Shown here piece after piece: positions 9,312-17,519 of a stretch of DNA of 64,000 bases; the stretch's first letter is position 1, and each line of letters begins with the position of its first letter. Source of the DNA: Candidatus Marinacidobacterales bacterium (lineage in GTDB: Bacteria > Acidobacteriota > Vicinamibacteria > Marinacidobacterales > SMYC01); the NCBI GenBank assembly GCA_965224085.1, contig CBDCYI010000011.1, positions 1,376,001-1,440,000 of the forward strand, read 5' to 3'. The position numbers and the translations under genes are program-made. The notes beneath the pieces were generated by a model. It had not been told where the DNA came from and searched no databases. It worked only from the letters and a program-made list of their open reading frames with translations.

Positions 9312-12050
9312 TCACACGGTGGGGACGCCCCTCGGCGGTGACACCGGCACGCCTTTGCCGAGGCCAGGCTTCCCTTCGCCGGAGGCTTTGGGGCGACTCG
9401 TCTTGTTAATGCGCTCAGCGAGACCTCGCTCCTCTTGGAGGACTTTCGTGGCGACCTCCGCCTCCTTGATGGTGTATTCCATCTGACTCAGCTTTTCGGC
9501 GATGTGATCGATGAAAGCTTTCTGCTTATGGAAGTTCTCGATGTTGACATCAATGTCCTGGAAGAGATGGCTCAGGCCAGCGAGCTTGCTCTCCGCCTCT
9601 TGAATCGCGCCATACTTTTGTTCGACGGCGCTCACCTTCTTCTCGATTTGGCCCGTCTGTCCCAGTAATTTCGCCACCAATTCCTTGGTGTCGAGGATGT
9701 CCTTGCGGGATGCCGCAATCGCCGTCGCCTCTTTGTTGACGCGCTCCGATACATCGAACACGCCATTCACGTCGCGGGCCACCCGTTCCACGGTGCTCTG
9801 GCGCAAGTCCAGCTGCCCTATGCTGCGGTCGAGCACAGCCACCATTTCCCGGTGTGATAGGAATTTGGCTTCGAGCTCAGCCATTTTCGAGCCTTGAGCT
9901 GCGAGCTCACGCTCCTTCTGGTCCAGCGCTTTTGTGAGGTCGCCAATCTTTTCGAGCTGAGCCGCTCCGGATTCGGCCTGAACCGCTGTCTGTTTCTGAC
10001 GCAACTCGAGCTCGAGCAGCTCCTTTTCCCATCGCTTCCGAAGCTCTCCCGCTTCTTTGAAGTGCTCGTCGAGAGCTGCGAGCTCCTCGACGCGCACCGC
10101 AGCACGTGAGAGAACGCCTTCGACCTGCTCCATGACATCAGCGGTTGTCTTCTGTGCGTCGACGAGCCCTCGCTTTTCGCTCTCGATCTCTTCGAGTCGT
10201 CTCTCCGCCGATTCCAGCCCCACGCTCAGTCCGTCCGCTTTCTTGTCCAGATCCGTGAACTTCCTCGAACGATGCACCGAGGACATCTGTTGATGAAGAT
10301 CCTTGAGCTGGGCTCCGAGACTCTCCTGCGTCGAATGCATGGATTCGAGGCTCGCTTGCCGTGCCGCTTGCTCGCCAAGCCGGGTCTCCACGTTCTGGCT
10401 CAGCTCGTTGAGAGCATCGACCCGACTCTCGACCGTCTCGACCATCTCCAGTCTGTGCTCGAGGTCCTCCGACTTTGCAGCGAGTGCGTCGGACAGCTTC
10501 AGCGCGGCGTCGAGACGGTCGCTGAGACCGTCCAGGCTTTGGAACTGCTCCGTCAATTGCTTCGCTCGCGCCTCCGCGTCGACGCTCTCGCGCCGGAACG
10601 TAGCGAGTACGAAGTTCGCGCGGTCGATCTCGGCACTCTGCTCAGATAGCGTTGAGAGCTTGCCGACGAGCTCGTCTTGGCGCTTCGTGAGCTCGCTCAC
10701 CTTGCCGTCGATCTGCTCCACCGCCGAGCCGCGTGCCCGGAGCATTTCCATGTCGTGTGACACTTCCGTTGAAATCTTAGTCACCGAGTCGAGACGTTGT
10801 TCGATCGCAGCCAGGCCCGCTGCTTTTTCGTGTACGCCTGCGAGGCCCGATTGTATGGTTTGAAGGCTAGCCTCCAGGCGATCCGCCTTCCTGATTGTGT
10901 TGTCGAGCTCCTCGTCCTTGGCCGCGAGATCCTTTACCTGACGCTCGAATCCGCTCACGGTTGTGTTGAGTTCCTGGACCCTCTGTCCGGAAAGCTCCAC
11001 TTGTTGCCGCATGGAGTCGGTCCGGGCAAGCTCCTCGCGCAAGCCGCCGAGGGCGGATTCTATGCCTTTCGTCAGCTCTAAGCTTTCGCTGCCGAATTTC
11101 TTCTCTTCCTGCTTGGCGGCATCGATGCGGGCGTCGAGTCCGTCGTACAGCTTGGTCAGTTTGTCCAGCCGGTCGGTCGACTTGTCCATGAGACGTTTGT
11201 TGTCACTGAGCTTCTTTATCTGACGATCCACGCTCCAGAGCAACTCGTTGACCCGCGCCGACTCCGCGTTGGCCCGCTCCACCGTGCCCTGGAAAGCGTC
11301 GAGAGCGCTCGCCTTCTGAGTGACGTGCTCGCACATACCGTTGAGCGCGTGGACCTGCTTCTCGAGCGACTTGGAAAGCTCCTCGCCAGAGGCGAGTTCG
11401 GAGAGCGTGCCTTCCAACTTGCCCGCTTTCTCCATCGCTTGATCAAGCTCTTTCTTGAGCTCTCCGCCGCCCTTCCGGAGCGTCGAGGAGCTCTTTTCGA
11501 GAGAGTCGGCGGCCGCGTGAAGCTTTTCATGGTCCTTCTGCATCGTTGCCAGGCGATCCTGGAATTCGTCCAGTTGAGCCGTCACGCCGGCAATCTGCTT
11601 TTCTGAGCTCGTCAGCTCGCCAGCCGATTTTTCGAAAGATTTGAGCCGAGCATCCGCTTCGAGACTGAGATCGAGAATCTTCTGAAGCGACTTGGAGCTT
11701 TCTTTCGCCTCGGTGGCCAAATTGTCCGCCTCGCCGATCGCTTTCCGCGTCTCCTCCACCCGTGTCTGGAAGCTTGTCAACGTCTCCTCTGCTCGTTCGA
11801 GCCACGCGGATAGTTTCGAGGAGGCCTCCCAACGCGTGTCTACCGTATCCAGGTTTTCCTCCGCACGCGTTATACGCTCTGCGATCGAGTCCACCGAGCT
11901 CGACACCCCAGACAATCCGTCGACTTTCCCTTGAACTTGATCGATAAGTTTCTTGAGCTGGGCCTTCTGATGCTTCGCCTTCTCCGTTGCGTCTTGCAGC
12001 TCTTTTGAGGCTTTCCCCGAGACCGACTTCGAACTGCTAAAAATACTCAT
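9312..12050 (-). CDS. 912-aa coiled-coil protein, no recognisable ATPase or TM domain
   Basis: ATG 12050 with SD AAGGAG; heptad-rich E/K/L/A/S sequence throughout; no Walker A/B seen. Confidence 0.8.
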   Translation of the reverse strand: MSIFSSSKSVSGKASKELQDATEKAKHQKAQLKKLIDQVQGKVDGLSGVSSSVDSIAERITRAEENLDTVDTRWEASSKLSAWLERAEETLTSFQTRVEETRKAIGEADNLATEAKESSKSLQKILDLSLEADARLKSFEKSAGELTSSEKQIAGVTAQLDEFQDRLATMQKDHEKLHAAADSLEKSSSTLRKGGGELKKELDQAMEKAGKLEGTLSELASGEELSKSLEKQVHALNGMCEHVTQKASALDAFQGTVERANAESARVNELLWSVDRQIKKLSDNKRLMDKSTDRLDKLTKLYDGLDARIDAAKQEEKKFGSESLELTKGIESALGGLREELARTDSMRQQVELSGQRVQELNTTVSGFERQVKDLAAKDEELDNTIRKADRLEASLQTIQSGLAGVHEKAAGLAAIEQRLDSVTKISTEVSHDMEMLRARGSAVEQIDGKVSELTKRQDELVGKLSTLSEQSAEIDRANFVLATFRRESVDAEARAKQLTEQFQSLDGLSDRLDAALKLSDALAAKSEDLEHRLEMVETVESRVDALNELSQNVETRLGEQAARQASLESMHSTQESLGAQLKDLHQQMSSVHRSRKFTDLDKKADGLSVGLESAERRLEEIESEKRGLVDAQKTTADVMEQVEGVLSRAAVRVEELAALDEHFKEAGELRKRWEKELLELELRQKQTAVQAESGAAQLEKIGDLTKALDQKERELAAQGSKMAELEAKFLSHREMVAVLDRSIGQLDLRQSTVERVARDVNGVFDVSERVNKEATAIAASRKDILDTKELVAKLLGQTGQIEKKVSAVEQKYGAIQEAESKLAGLSHLFQDIDVNIENFHKQKAFIDHIAEKLSQMEYTIKEAEVATKVLQEERGLAERINKTSRPKASGEGKPGLGKGVPVSPPRGVPTV

Positions 12051-12219
12051 CCGCGAACTCCTTTTACGTGAGGGCCACCACTGTCGGGGGAATGGCAGTC
12101 GATTTTTACCACAGCTGGAGGGCAAACTCAACAGTTTTCGCCGCACGGACGTGGCACTCCTCGTCCGGGCTCTGATCGAGGGAGACGCGAATCCTCTATT
12201 GGCTCACGAACTAGCGCCT

Positions 12220-12872
12220 CTAGAGCGACCCGTTGTCCCACGGGCCGGTGATGGCGAACGTGATCCCAGGAAACTGGATGTTCACAAACAGCCACCGTCC
12301 TTCTGGGCTGAAACACGCCCCCGCCCATTCCTTGTTCCGGAAGTTTCCGGAGAACCCGTTGACCTCGCCCGCGAGTACGACGTTATTTTTCGCGAAATCG
12401 AAGATGTTGCCGTTCCCGTCGAGACCTTTCATTCTTTGCACCGACTGCGCGCTGTCCTCACACAGGATGATGCCGCCTCGCGGGCTCACCGTCACGTTGT
12501 CGGGTGAATTGAGCACGTCGAATGAGCTCGAGGCGTAGACGAGTCGCAGCGTCTCGCGCCGCGGGTCGTACTCCCACAGCTGGCCTCGTCCGATCGGCCC
12601 GCCGTTGGTCGCCGTGAAGTAGACCGCGCCGCTGTCGTACCAAGCGCCCTCGAGCCTCCTGAACTGCGCCGCTCCCTGGTCGAAACCGTGCCGGTACACC
12701 CCGCGCTCGTCGGAAGTCCCGGGAGAGTGGAGTCTTTCCGGGTCGTCGATGGTGACCCACTCGACGTCGAGCACAGCGCCGATGTCGCCGCGGTCGCGCA
12801 GGTCGAAGCTCAACTTGCCTTCACCGCCGTACTGCACACCTGGACCCGGAAGCTCCTGTTCCATCCACACCT
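12220..12872 (-). pseudogene. phoX: C-terminal fragment of PhoX (DUF839) alkaline phosphatase
   Basis: F.RLEG.W, SPDNVTVSPRGGIILCED, EWAGACFSP.G..LFVNIQ.PG.TFAITGPW; N-terminal half absent. Confidence 0.8.
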
Positions 12873-12877
12873 GGGAT

Positions 12878-13400
12878 GGTCGAAACCCCTCGCCTTTAGG
12901 CGAAGAGAAGATCGTGGTATTGTGGTCGCGTGCGTCACTACAGGCACGGAGCGCGCACGAAAACGGACCTAAAAGCGCACATCGTTTGGATACCGAAATA
13001 TCGTAAAAAGGTTTTGATCGGTCCAGTAGCGGTTCGTGTGCGCGATCTGATTCGTCAGATCGCGATGGAACATGAGCTGCACATAATCTCGGGTAAGGTT
13101 GCACGCGACCACGTCCACGTGTTCGTATCCTACCGACCACACCAGGACCTGAGTACGATCGTGCAGTGGCTAAAAGGAATAAGCTCCCGAGTACTCCTTC
13201 AGGAGTTTGCTCACCTGAGGAAGAAGTTTTGGGGCCGGCACTTCTGGGCCCGAGGATATCTGGCGGTGAGTTCAGGAAGCATAACGGACGAGATGGTAAA
13301 GGAGTACATAGACTCCCAGGATGGCGAGCCTCTTCACGACGACAGTCAATTTCCAATTGACAGCCCTTGAAGCCACCGCCTTCTAGGCGGTGGTTGTTCA
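12878..13400 (+). mobile_element. IS200/IS605-family element (tnpA only), copy 1
   Basis: Identity with copy 2 spans 12873-13403. Subterminal hairpins TCGCC-TTTA-GGCGA and CCACCGCC-TTCTA-GGCGGTGG; ends ...GTTCA; exact ends inferred. Confidence 0.9.
12930..13370 (+). CDS. tnpA: Y1 HUH transposase TnpA
   Basis: HIVWIPKYR, DHVH, LKG.SS, FWARGY, YI motifs. Confidence 0.95.
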   Translation: MRHYRHGARTKTDLKAHIVWIPKYRKKVLIGPVAVRVRDLIRQIAMEHELHIISGKVARDHVHVFVSYRPHQDLSTIVQWLKGISSRVLLQEFAHLRKKFWGRHFWARGYLAVSSGSITDEMVKEYIDSQDGEPLHDDSQFPIDSP

Positions 13401-13409
13401 CTTCAATTA

Positions 13410-13484
13410 CGGTTTGCACGAATGCTCGCTCTACAAGCATCGTGCCTCGCGTAACGCCGTGCTTCGCTCGATTCCTGCAAACCG
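13410..13484. repeat. REP/MITE-like inverted repeat
   Basis: CGGTTTGCACGAAT ... ATTCCTGCAAACCG (14 bp, 1 mismatch). Confidence 0.55.
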
Positions 13485-13787
13485 CTATTAATTAGGTCGT
13501 TGAGAAAGTCGAAATGGTCACCTTCGCGAGGGCGGTGACCGTGATGAAATCCTCCACGGGATCCTCGATTTCTACAGCACGGCGGGCTCAGGTTCTGCAG
13601 CGGCTAATTCGTACGCCTCGATGACCACCAACGGACCCCGCCGTTTTTTCAGCGGAACCACCGCCTTTCTTGTCGCCCCGCCGCTTTTGCGGGCGCATTC
13701 CGGAGGATCCCGGAATGGCCAAGGTCAACAAAGAGCGTAAACGCCATCAAGAGAACAGTCACAAGAAAGATCCATCCTGAACCGACC

Positions 13788-13803
13788 TGGTACAGCTCTT
13801 GCA
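13788..13803 (+). promoter_or_regulatory. Sigma54 (-24/-12) promoter upstream of PilZ gene
   Basis: TGGTAC-AGCTC-TTGCA; GG and GC separated by exactly 10 nt. Confidence 0.6.
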
Positions 13804-13902
13804 CCGACACCCTGGAGACCAAAACTCGTGCAGGGACAGAACCAGAAGTTCTCTCGCTCGGCATTGGACTTTCAACGGCCTACCCCCTTTGGAGGATCAG
13901 CT

Positions 13903-14397
13903 ATGCCAAAGCGTTTCGAAATCGCGCAAACGATTCGACGGATGGCACCCAGACACCCCGCGACCGCGGCAGTGTTCAAGGATTTCCAACAGATTGCCTG
14001 CGGTGTGCTGACCAACGTCTCGGTGACCGGTGCGTGCATCGTGACCGACAGCTGTTTGGCTCCCGCGAGCGAGGTCGACCTCAAGCTCTCCTTCTACCTT
14101 CAGCTCTCCTCCTACCAGCAGCCCCGCCTGTACGAGGTCGCGGCTCGCGTCGTTTGGAGCCGACGCGCCGGGGCCCTCGAGAAGGACTTCGAGGGCCTGA
14201 CACTACACGGCGTGCGGTTCTCGTTTTATAGCGCACTCCAGAAATCGCGCCTACACGCGCTTCTCGCCAGCAAGGATTTCGTCGACGTCTTTCGTCTCTC
14301 CGAGACTGAGTTCAACTTTTTCGTGAAAGCGCCTGTCGTTGATCTCGACGAGCTCGTTCAGCAAGAAAGCACAAGACCACGGGCGAGATTGTTGTAG
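13903..14397 (+). CDS. PilZ-domain protein
   Basis: SD GGAGGA; RRMAPR (RxxxR), NVSVTG (D/NxSxxG), ARVVW, HGVRF. Confidence 0.8.
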   Translation: MPKRFEIAQTIRRMAPRHPATAAVFKDFQQIACGVLTNVSVTGACIVTDSCLAPASEVDLKLSFYLQLSSYQQPRLYEVAARVVWSRRAGALEKDFEGLTLHGVRFSFYSALQKSRLHALLASKDFVDVFRLSETEFNFFVKAPVVDLDELVQQESTRPRARLL

Positions 14398-14530
14398 CTA
14401 GACCACCTGTCCATCATCTTTATTGATCCGCCCAGGCAGGAAGGCCCATGCGGCTCGGTGATGGCGACGGCGGCGGGCCGATCGCACGCGAGACGGCGCC
14501 GAGATCACACGGCCAGCGGTTTAGGTTTAA

Positions 14531-14607
14531 TGGTCGGGGCGGCAGGATTTGAACCTGCGACCCCCTGATCCCGAACCAGGTGCTCTACCAAACTGAGCCA
14601 CGCCCCG
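14531..14607 (-). tRNA. tRNA-Pro (anticodon CGG)
   Basis: Reverse complement CGGGGCGTGGCTCAGTTTGGTAGAGC..CCTGG-TTCGGGA-TCAGG..GGTTCAAATCC..CGCCCCGACCA. Confidence 0.95.
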
Positions 14608-14679
14608 ACCGAGGCAAGACGATTAGTTTACACCGGAACGGACGCCCTCAGAAGCGGTTCTCCGGATGACGGGCGCTAT

Positions 14680-15054
14680 TTATTTATCTGCCTGTTGCTC
14701 CGCGAAATCTCCGAGGATTGGGAGCTTGAACATCTGGTGCTGAAACGCCTTTACGAAGCAGATGATCCAGACCACGAACATCACGAGCGGGAAAAACATG
14801 AGCACGATCCAGCCCAGGATCGGGATCGTCCCGAGCACCATGCTGATCCCCGTCGAGACGACAGCGAGCGCAATCGCCTGGATCGAGTGGAATCGCACGA
14901 AGCGATTCTTGTTGTACGGCTCGAGGACCAGCCAAACGATCGCGACGATCACGAGATAGGCGAGCGCTCCGGCAACGTTTTCGTCCAGACTGCCCACTTG
15001 CGCGGTTCCGGAGCTCGCGGCTTGCGGTGGTGGTGGTTCGGATGCCTTGCTCAT
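14680..15054 (-). CDS. DUF4870-type small membrane protein
   Basis: LDENVAGALAY, NRFVRFHSIQ, FKLPILG; native ATG at 15054. Confidence 0.85.
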   Translation of the reverse strand: MSKASEPPPPQAASSGTAQVGSLDENVAGALAYLVIVAIVWLVLEPYNKNRFVRFHSIQAIALAVVSTGISMVLGTIPILGWIVLMFFPLVMFVVWIICFVKAFQHQMFKLPILGDFAEQQADK

Positions 15055-15073
15055 TAGTGTCTCTTCCGGGGAT

Positions 15074-15596
15074 GGTCGAAACCCCTCGCCTTTAGGCGAA
15101 GAGAAGATCGTGGTATTGTGGTCGCGTGCGTCACTACAGGCACGGAGCGCACACGAAAACGGACCTAAAAGCGCACATCGTTTGGATACCGAAATATCGT
15201 AAAAAGGTTTTGATCGGTCCAGTAGCGGTTCGTGTGCGCGATCTGATTCGTCAGATCGCGATGGAACATGAGCTGCACATAATCTCGGGTAAGGTTGCAC
15301 GCGACCACGTCCACGTGTTCGTATCCTACCGACCACACCAGGACCTGAGTACGATCGTGCAGTGGCTAAAAGGAATAAGCTCCCGAGTACTCCTTCAGGA
15401 GTTTGCTCACCTGAGGAAGAAGTTTTGGGGCCGGCACTTCTGGGCCCGAGGATATCTGGCGGTGAGTTCAGGAAGCATAACGGACGAGATGGTAAAGGAG
15501 TACATAGACTCCCAGGATGGCGAGCCTCTTCACGACGACAGTCAATTTCCAATTGACAGCCCTTGAAGCCACCGCCTTCTAGGCGGTGGTTGTTCA
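15074..15596 (+). mobile_element. IS200/IS605-family element (tnpA only), copy 2
   Basis: Direct copy offset 2196 bp from copy 1; one difference seen (G12955 vs A15151). Confidence 0.9.
15126..15566 (+). CDS. tnpA: Y1 HUH transposase TnpA
   Basis: Same as copy 1 except residue 9 (H vs R). Confidence 0.95.
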   Translation: MRHYRHGAHTKTDLKAHIVWIPKYRKKVLIGPVAVRVRDLIRQIAMEHELHIISGKVARDHVHVFVSYRPHQDLSTIVQWLKGISSRVLLQEFAHLRKKFWGRHFWARGYLAVSSGSITDEMVKEYIDSQDGEPLHDDSQFPIDSP

Positions 15597-15629
15597 CTTT
15601 TCTCCCGTCGTTGGGTTTTGCGACGGGTT

Positions 15630-15659
15630 ATTCTAATCGAACGTACGAACTGGGCTCAA
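15630..15659 (-). promoter_or_regulatory. Candidate sigma70 promoter of the DUF4870 gene, now separated from it by IS copy 2
   Basis: TTGAGC-18 bp-TAGAAT on the minus strand. Confidence 0.4.
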
Positions 15660-15696
15660 GCGTCGCGTGCAAAAACTTGCATCGCCGCGGGTGGAG

Positions 15697-16452
15697 CTAT
15701 TTCGTGCCGTTGAAGCGCAGGTCCCACGACTCGAGCTCGTCGAGCGCTTTGTAATTCGTGAAGTCGAATTGGAGCGGCGTGACAGAGATGTAGTGGTTAC
15801 GGAGTGCATGAATGTCCGACATCCCGTTTTTTTCCCAGCGGCTGAAGCCTTGCTTGATCCAGTAGTAGACGCGTGACCGCGGGTCGACGCGCTCTTCGAC
15901 TTTGGCCCAGTAGTCGCGCCGTCCTTGGCTCGTGACGCGGACACCGTGAACCTTTCCTCTGGGGACGTTGACGTTCAAGAAGGTCCTCCGGTTCCATTCC
16001 TTTTTCTCGACCATGGTGCGAACGATCTCGGAGGCGAAGCCTGCCGCGGCACTGTAGTCGGCGTCTTCGTCCTTGCTGGCGAGCGAGACCGCGATCGACG
16101 GAACGCCTAGCATCGCGGCTTCACGCGCACCCGCCACCGTTCCCGAGTAAGCGATGTCATCACCTACGTTCGCGCCGTGATTGATGCCCGAGACAACGAT
16201 GTCGGGGGGGTGGGGCAGAAGCTTCCCAACGGCCAAGTTCACACAGTCCGCGGGTGTGCCTTCAACGAAGAACGTCCGGGCTTCGAGGTGCTCGAATCGC
16301 AGCGGCGCCGAAATCGTGAGCGCGTGGCTCACGGCGCTCATCTCGCGCAAAGGCGCCACGATGGTGACTTCGCCCAATTCTCGAAGTCTCTCGGCAAGCG
16401 CCTTGATCCCGGGCGCGTGCACGCCGTCATCGTTCGTGACCAGGATATTCAG
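15697..16452 (-). CDS. surE: 5'/3'-nucleotidase SurE (probable CTG start)
   Basis: NILVTNDDG, GTPADCV, SGINHGAN.G....YSGTV, ISVTPL. Confidence 0.95.
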   Translation of the reverse strand: MNILVTNDDGVHAPGIKALAERLRELGEVTIVAPLREMSAVSHALTISAPLRFEHLEARTFFVEGTPADCVNLAVGKLLPHPPDIVVSGINHGANVGDDIAYSGTVAGAREAAMLGVPSIAVSLASKDEDADYSAAAGFASEIVRTMVEKKEWNRRTFLNVNVPRGKVHGVRVTSQGRRDYWAKVEERVDPRSRVYYWIKQGFSRWEKNGMSDIHALRNHYISVTPLQFDFTNYKALDELESWDLRFNGTK

Positions 16453-16541
16453 AATGGCGACACTCCTTCCGTGTTGGCCGTTTGGAGCTCGAAGCTCGGT
16501 AGCGTCCCTTCAACTACCCATCAGAAACGTTGGGTTCAGAA

Positions 16542-16618
16542 TGGTCGGGACGGCCGGATTTGAACCGACGACCACTTGCACCCCAAGCAAGTGCGCTACC
16601 AGGCTGCGCTACGTCCCG
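16542..16618 (-). tRNA. tRNA-Pro (anticodon GGG)
   Basis: Reverse complement CGGGACGTAGCGCAGCCTGGTAGCGCA-CTTGC-TTGGGGT-GCAAG..GGTTCAAATCC..CGTCCCGACCA. Confidence 0.95.
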
Positions 16619-16692
16619 ATCCCATTCCGCATACTGCGCCGTCCTCGTGGAAGGTTCCGCGACGATAGCACGTCGTCAGATCACGGTCAACG

Positions 16693-17088
16693 CTACTTCT
16701 CGCTCGCTTTCAAATCGCGGTCGAGCATATCGAGTATTCCGTGCAGCTCTGCCTTGATCTCTTTGACTTCGTGTTCGAACGTCGCCTCACCGTTCGATTT
16801 ATTCGCTGCCGGTGTTGCCACCGCGCCTTTTAACTGTTCTTTCATTTCCTGCTCCAGCTTTTTCTTAGCCCCCGCGATCGTGAATCCCTCTTCGTATAAG
16901 AGCGTTTTGATCCGCTGGATCGTCTCGATGTCGCGACGGCGATAAATCCGCTGGCCGGAATTGTTCTTGGCGGGTGCGAGTGCCGGAAACTCCGACTCCC
17001 AGTATCGAAGCACATAAGGTTGGGTGTCGGTGAGCTCGCACACCTCTCCGATTTTGAAAAAGAGCTTGCTTGGGATCTGGGAGTCCAC
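16693..17088 (-). CDS. MerR-family regulator (ihfA-linked)
   Basis: FKIGEV....YVLRYWESEFP.L.P.K..GQR.Y, LLYEEGFTIAGAK. Confidence 0.9.
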   Translation of the reverse strand: MDSQIPSKLFFKIGEVCELTDTQPYVLRYWESEFPALAPAKNNSGQRIYRRRDIETIQRIKTLLYEEGFTIAGAKKKLEQEMKEQLKGAVATPAANKSNGEATFEHEVKEIKAELHGILDMLDRDLKASEK

Positions 17089-17104
17089 TAATGGCTCCCT
17101 GCTT

Positions 17105-17380
17105 TCACGAGAAGCCGTTCTGGAAATTCTTGGAGGGCCGGAAAACGACCGACTTGCGCGAGCGGATGGTCATCTCCTCCCCCGTTTGAGGGTTGCGCCC
17201 TTTGCGCTCCTTCTTCTCTCGCACGAGAAAAGTACCAAATCCACTGATTTGAACTTTGTCGCCGTCCCCAAGCCCTTCTTTGATGAGCGCGAGAATGAGG
17301 TCCACGAGCCTGGCAGCCTCCTTGTTCGAGATGCCACCATGCCGCTCGTAAACGACTCTTGCCAGGTCTGCCTTCGTCAT
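17105..17380 (-). CDS. ihfA: Integration host factor alpha / HU family
   Basis: MTKADL, ISGFGTF, GRNPQTGE, VVFRPS; synteny with merR-tRNAPro. Confidence 0.85.
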   Translation of the reverse strand: MTKADLARVVYERHGGISNKEAARLVDLILALIKEGLGDGDKVQISGFGTFLVREKKERKGRNPQTGEEMTIRSRKSVVFRPSKNFQNGFS

Positions 17381-17485
17381 GGAGCGTCAAGGATCCAGCT
17401 TTCAGACCACAAGAGTTAGGGCGACGTTGCTAATTCTTGACTTTAAGGATTAATAGGATAGAAGTTAAAACCACGTACCTAAAGT

Positions 17486-17513
17486 ATTATATGAGACCCT
17501 GAAATGAAGTCAA
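17486..17513 (-). promoter_or_regulatory. Sigma70 promoter for ihfA
   Basis: TTGACT-16 bp-TATAAT in an AT-rich spacer. Confidence 0.6.
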
Positions 17514-17519
17514 GCGTAA

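Noticed and set aside
12930-13400. tnpB, omegaRNA or IStron in the IS
   Set aside because: Element is about 520 bp, filled by tnpA; no room for these.
13649-13864. 71-aa minus-strand ORF with a hydrophobic stretch
   Set aside because: No clear SD or motif and it overlaps the sigma54-like promoter region; cannot support it.
14398-14607. Genomic island integrated at tRNA-Pro(CGG)
   Set aside because: No integrase and no duplicated tRNA 3' end seen in the window.
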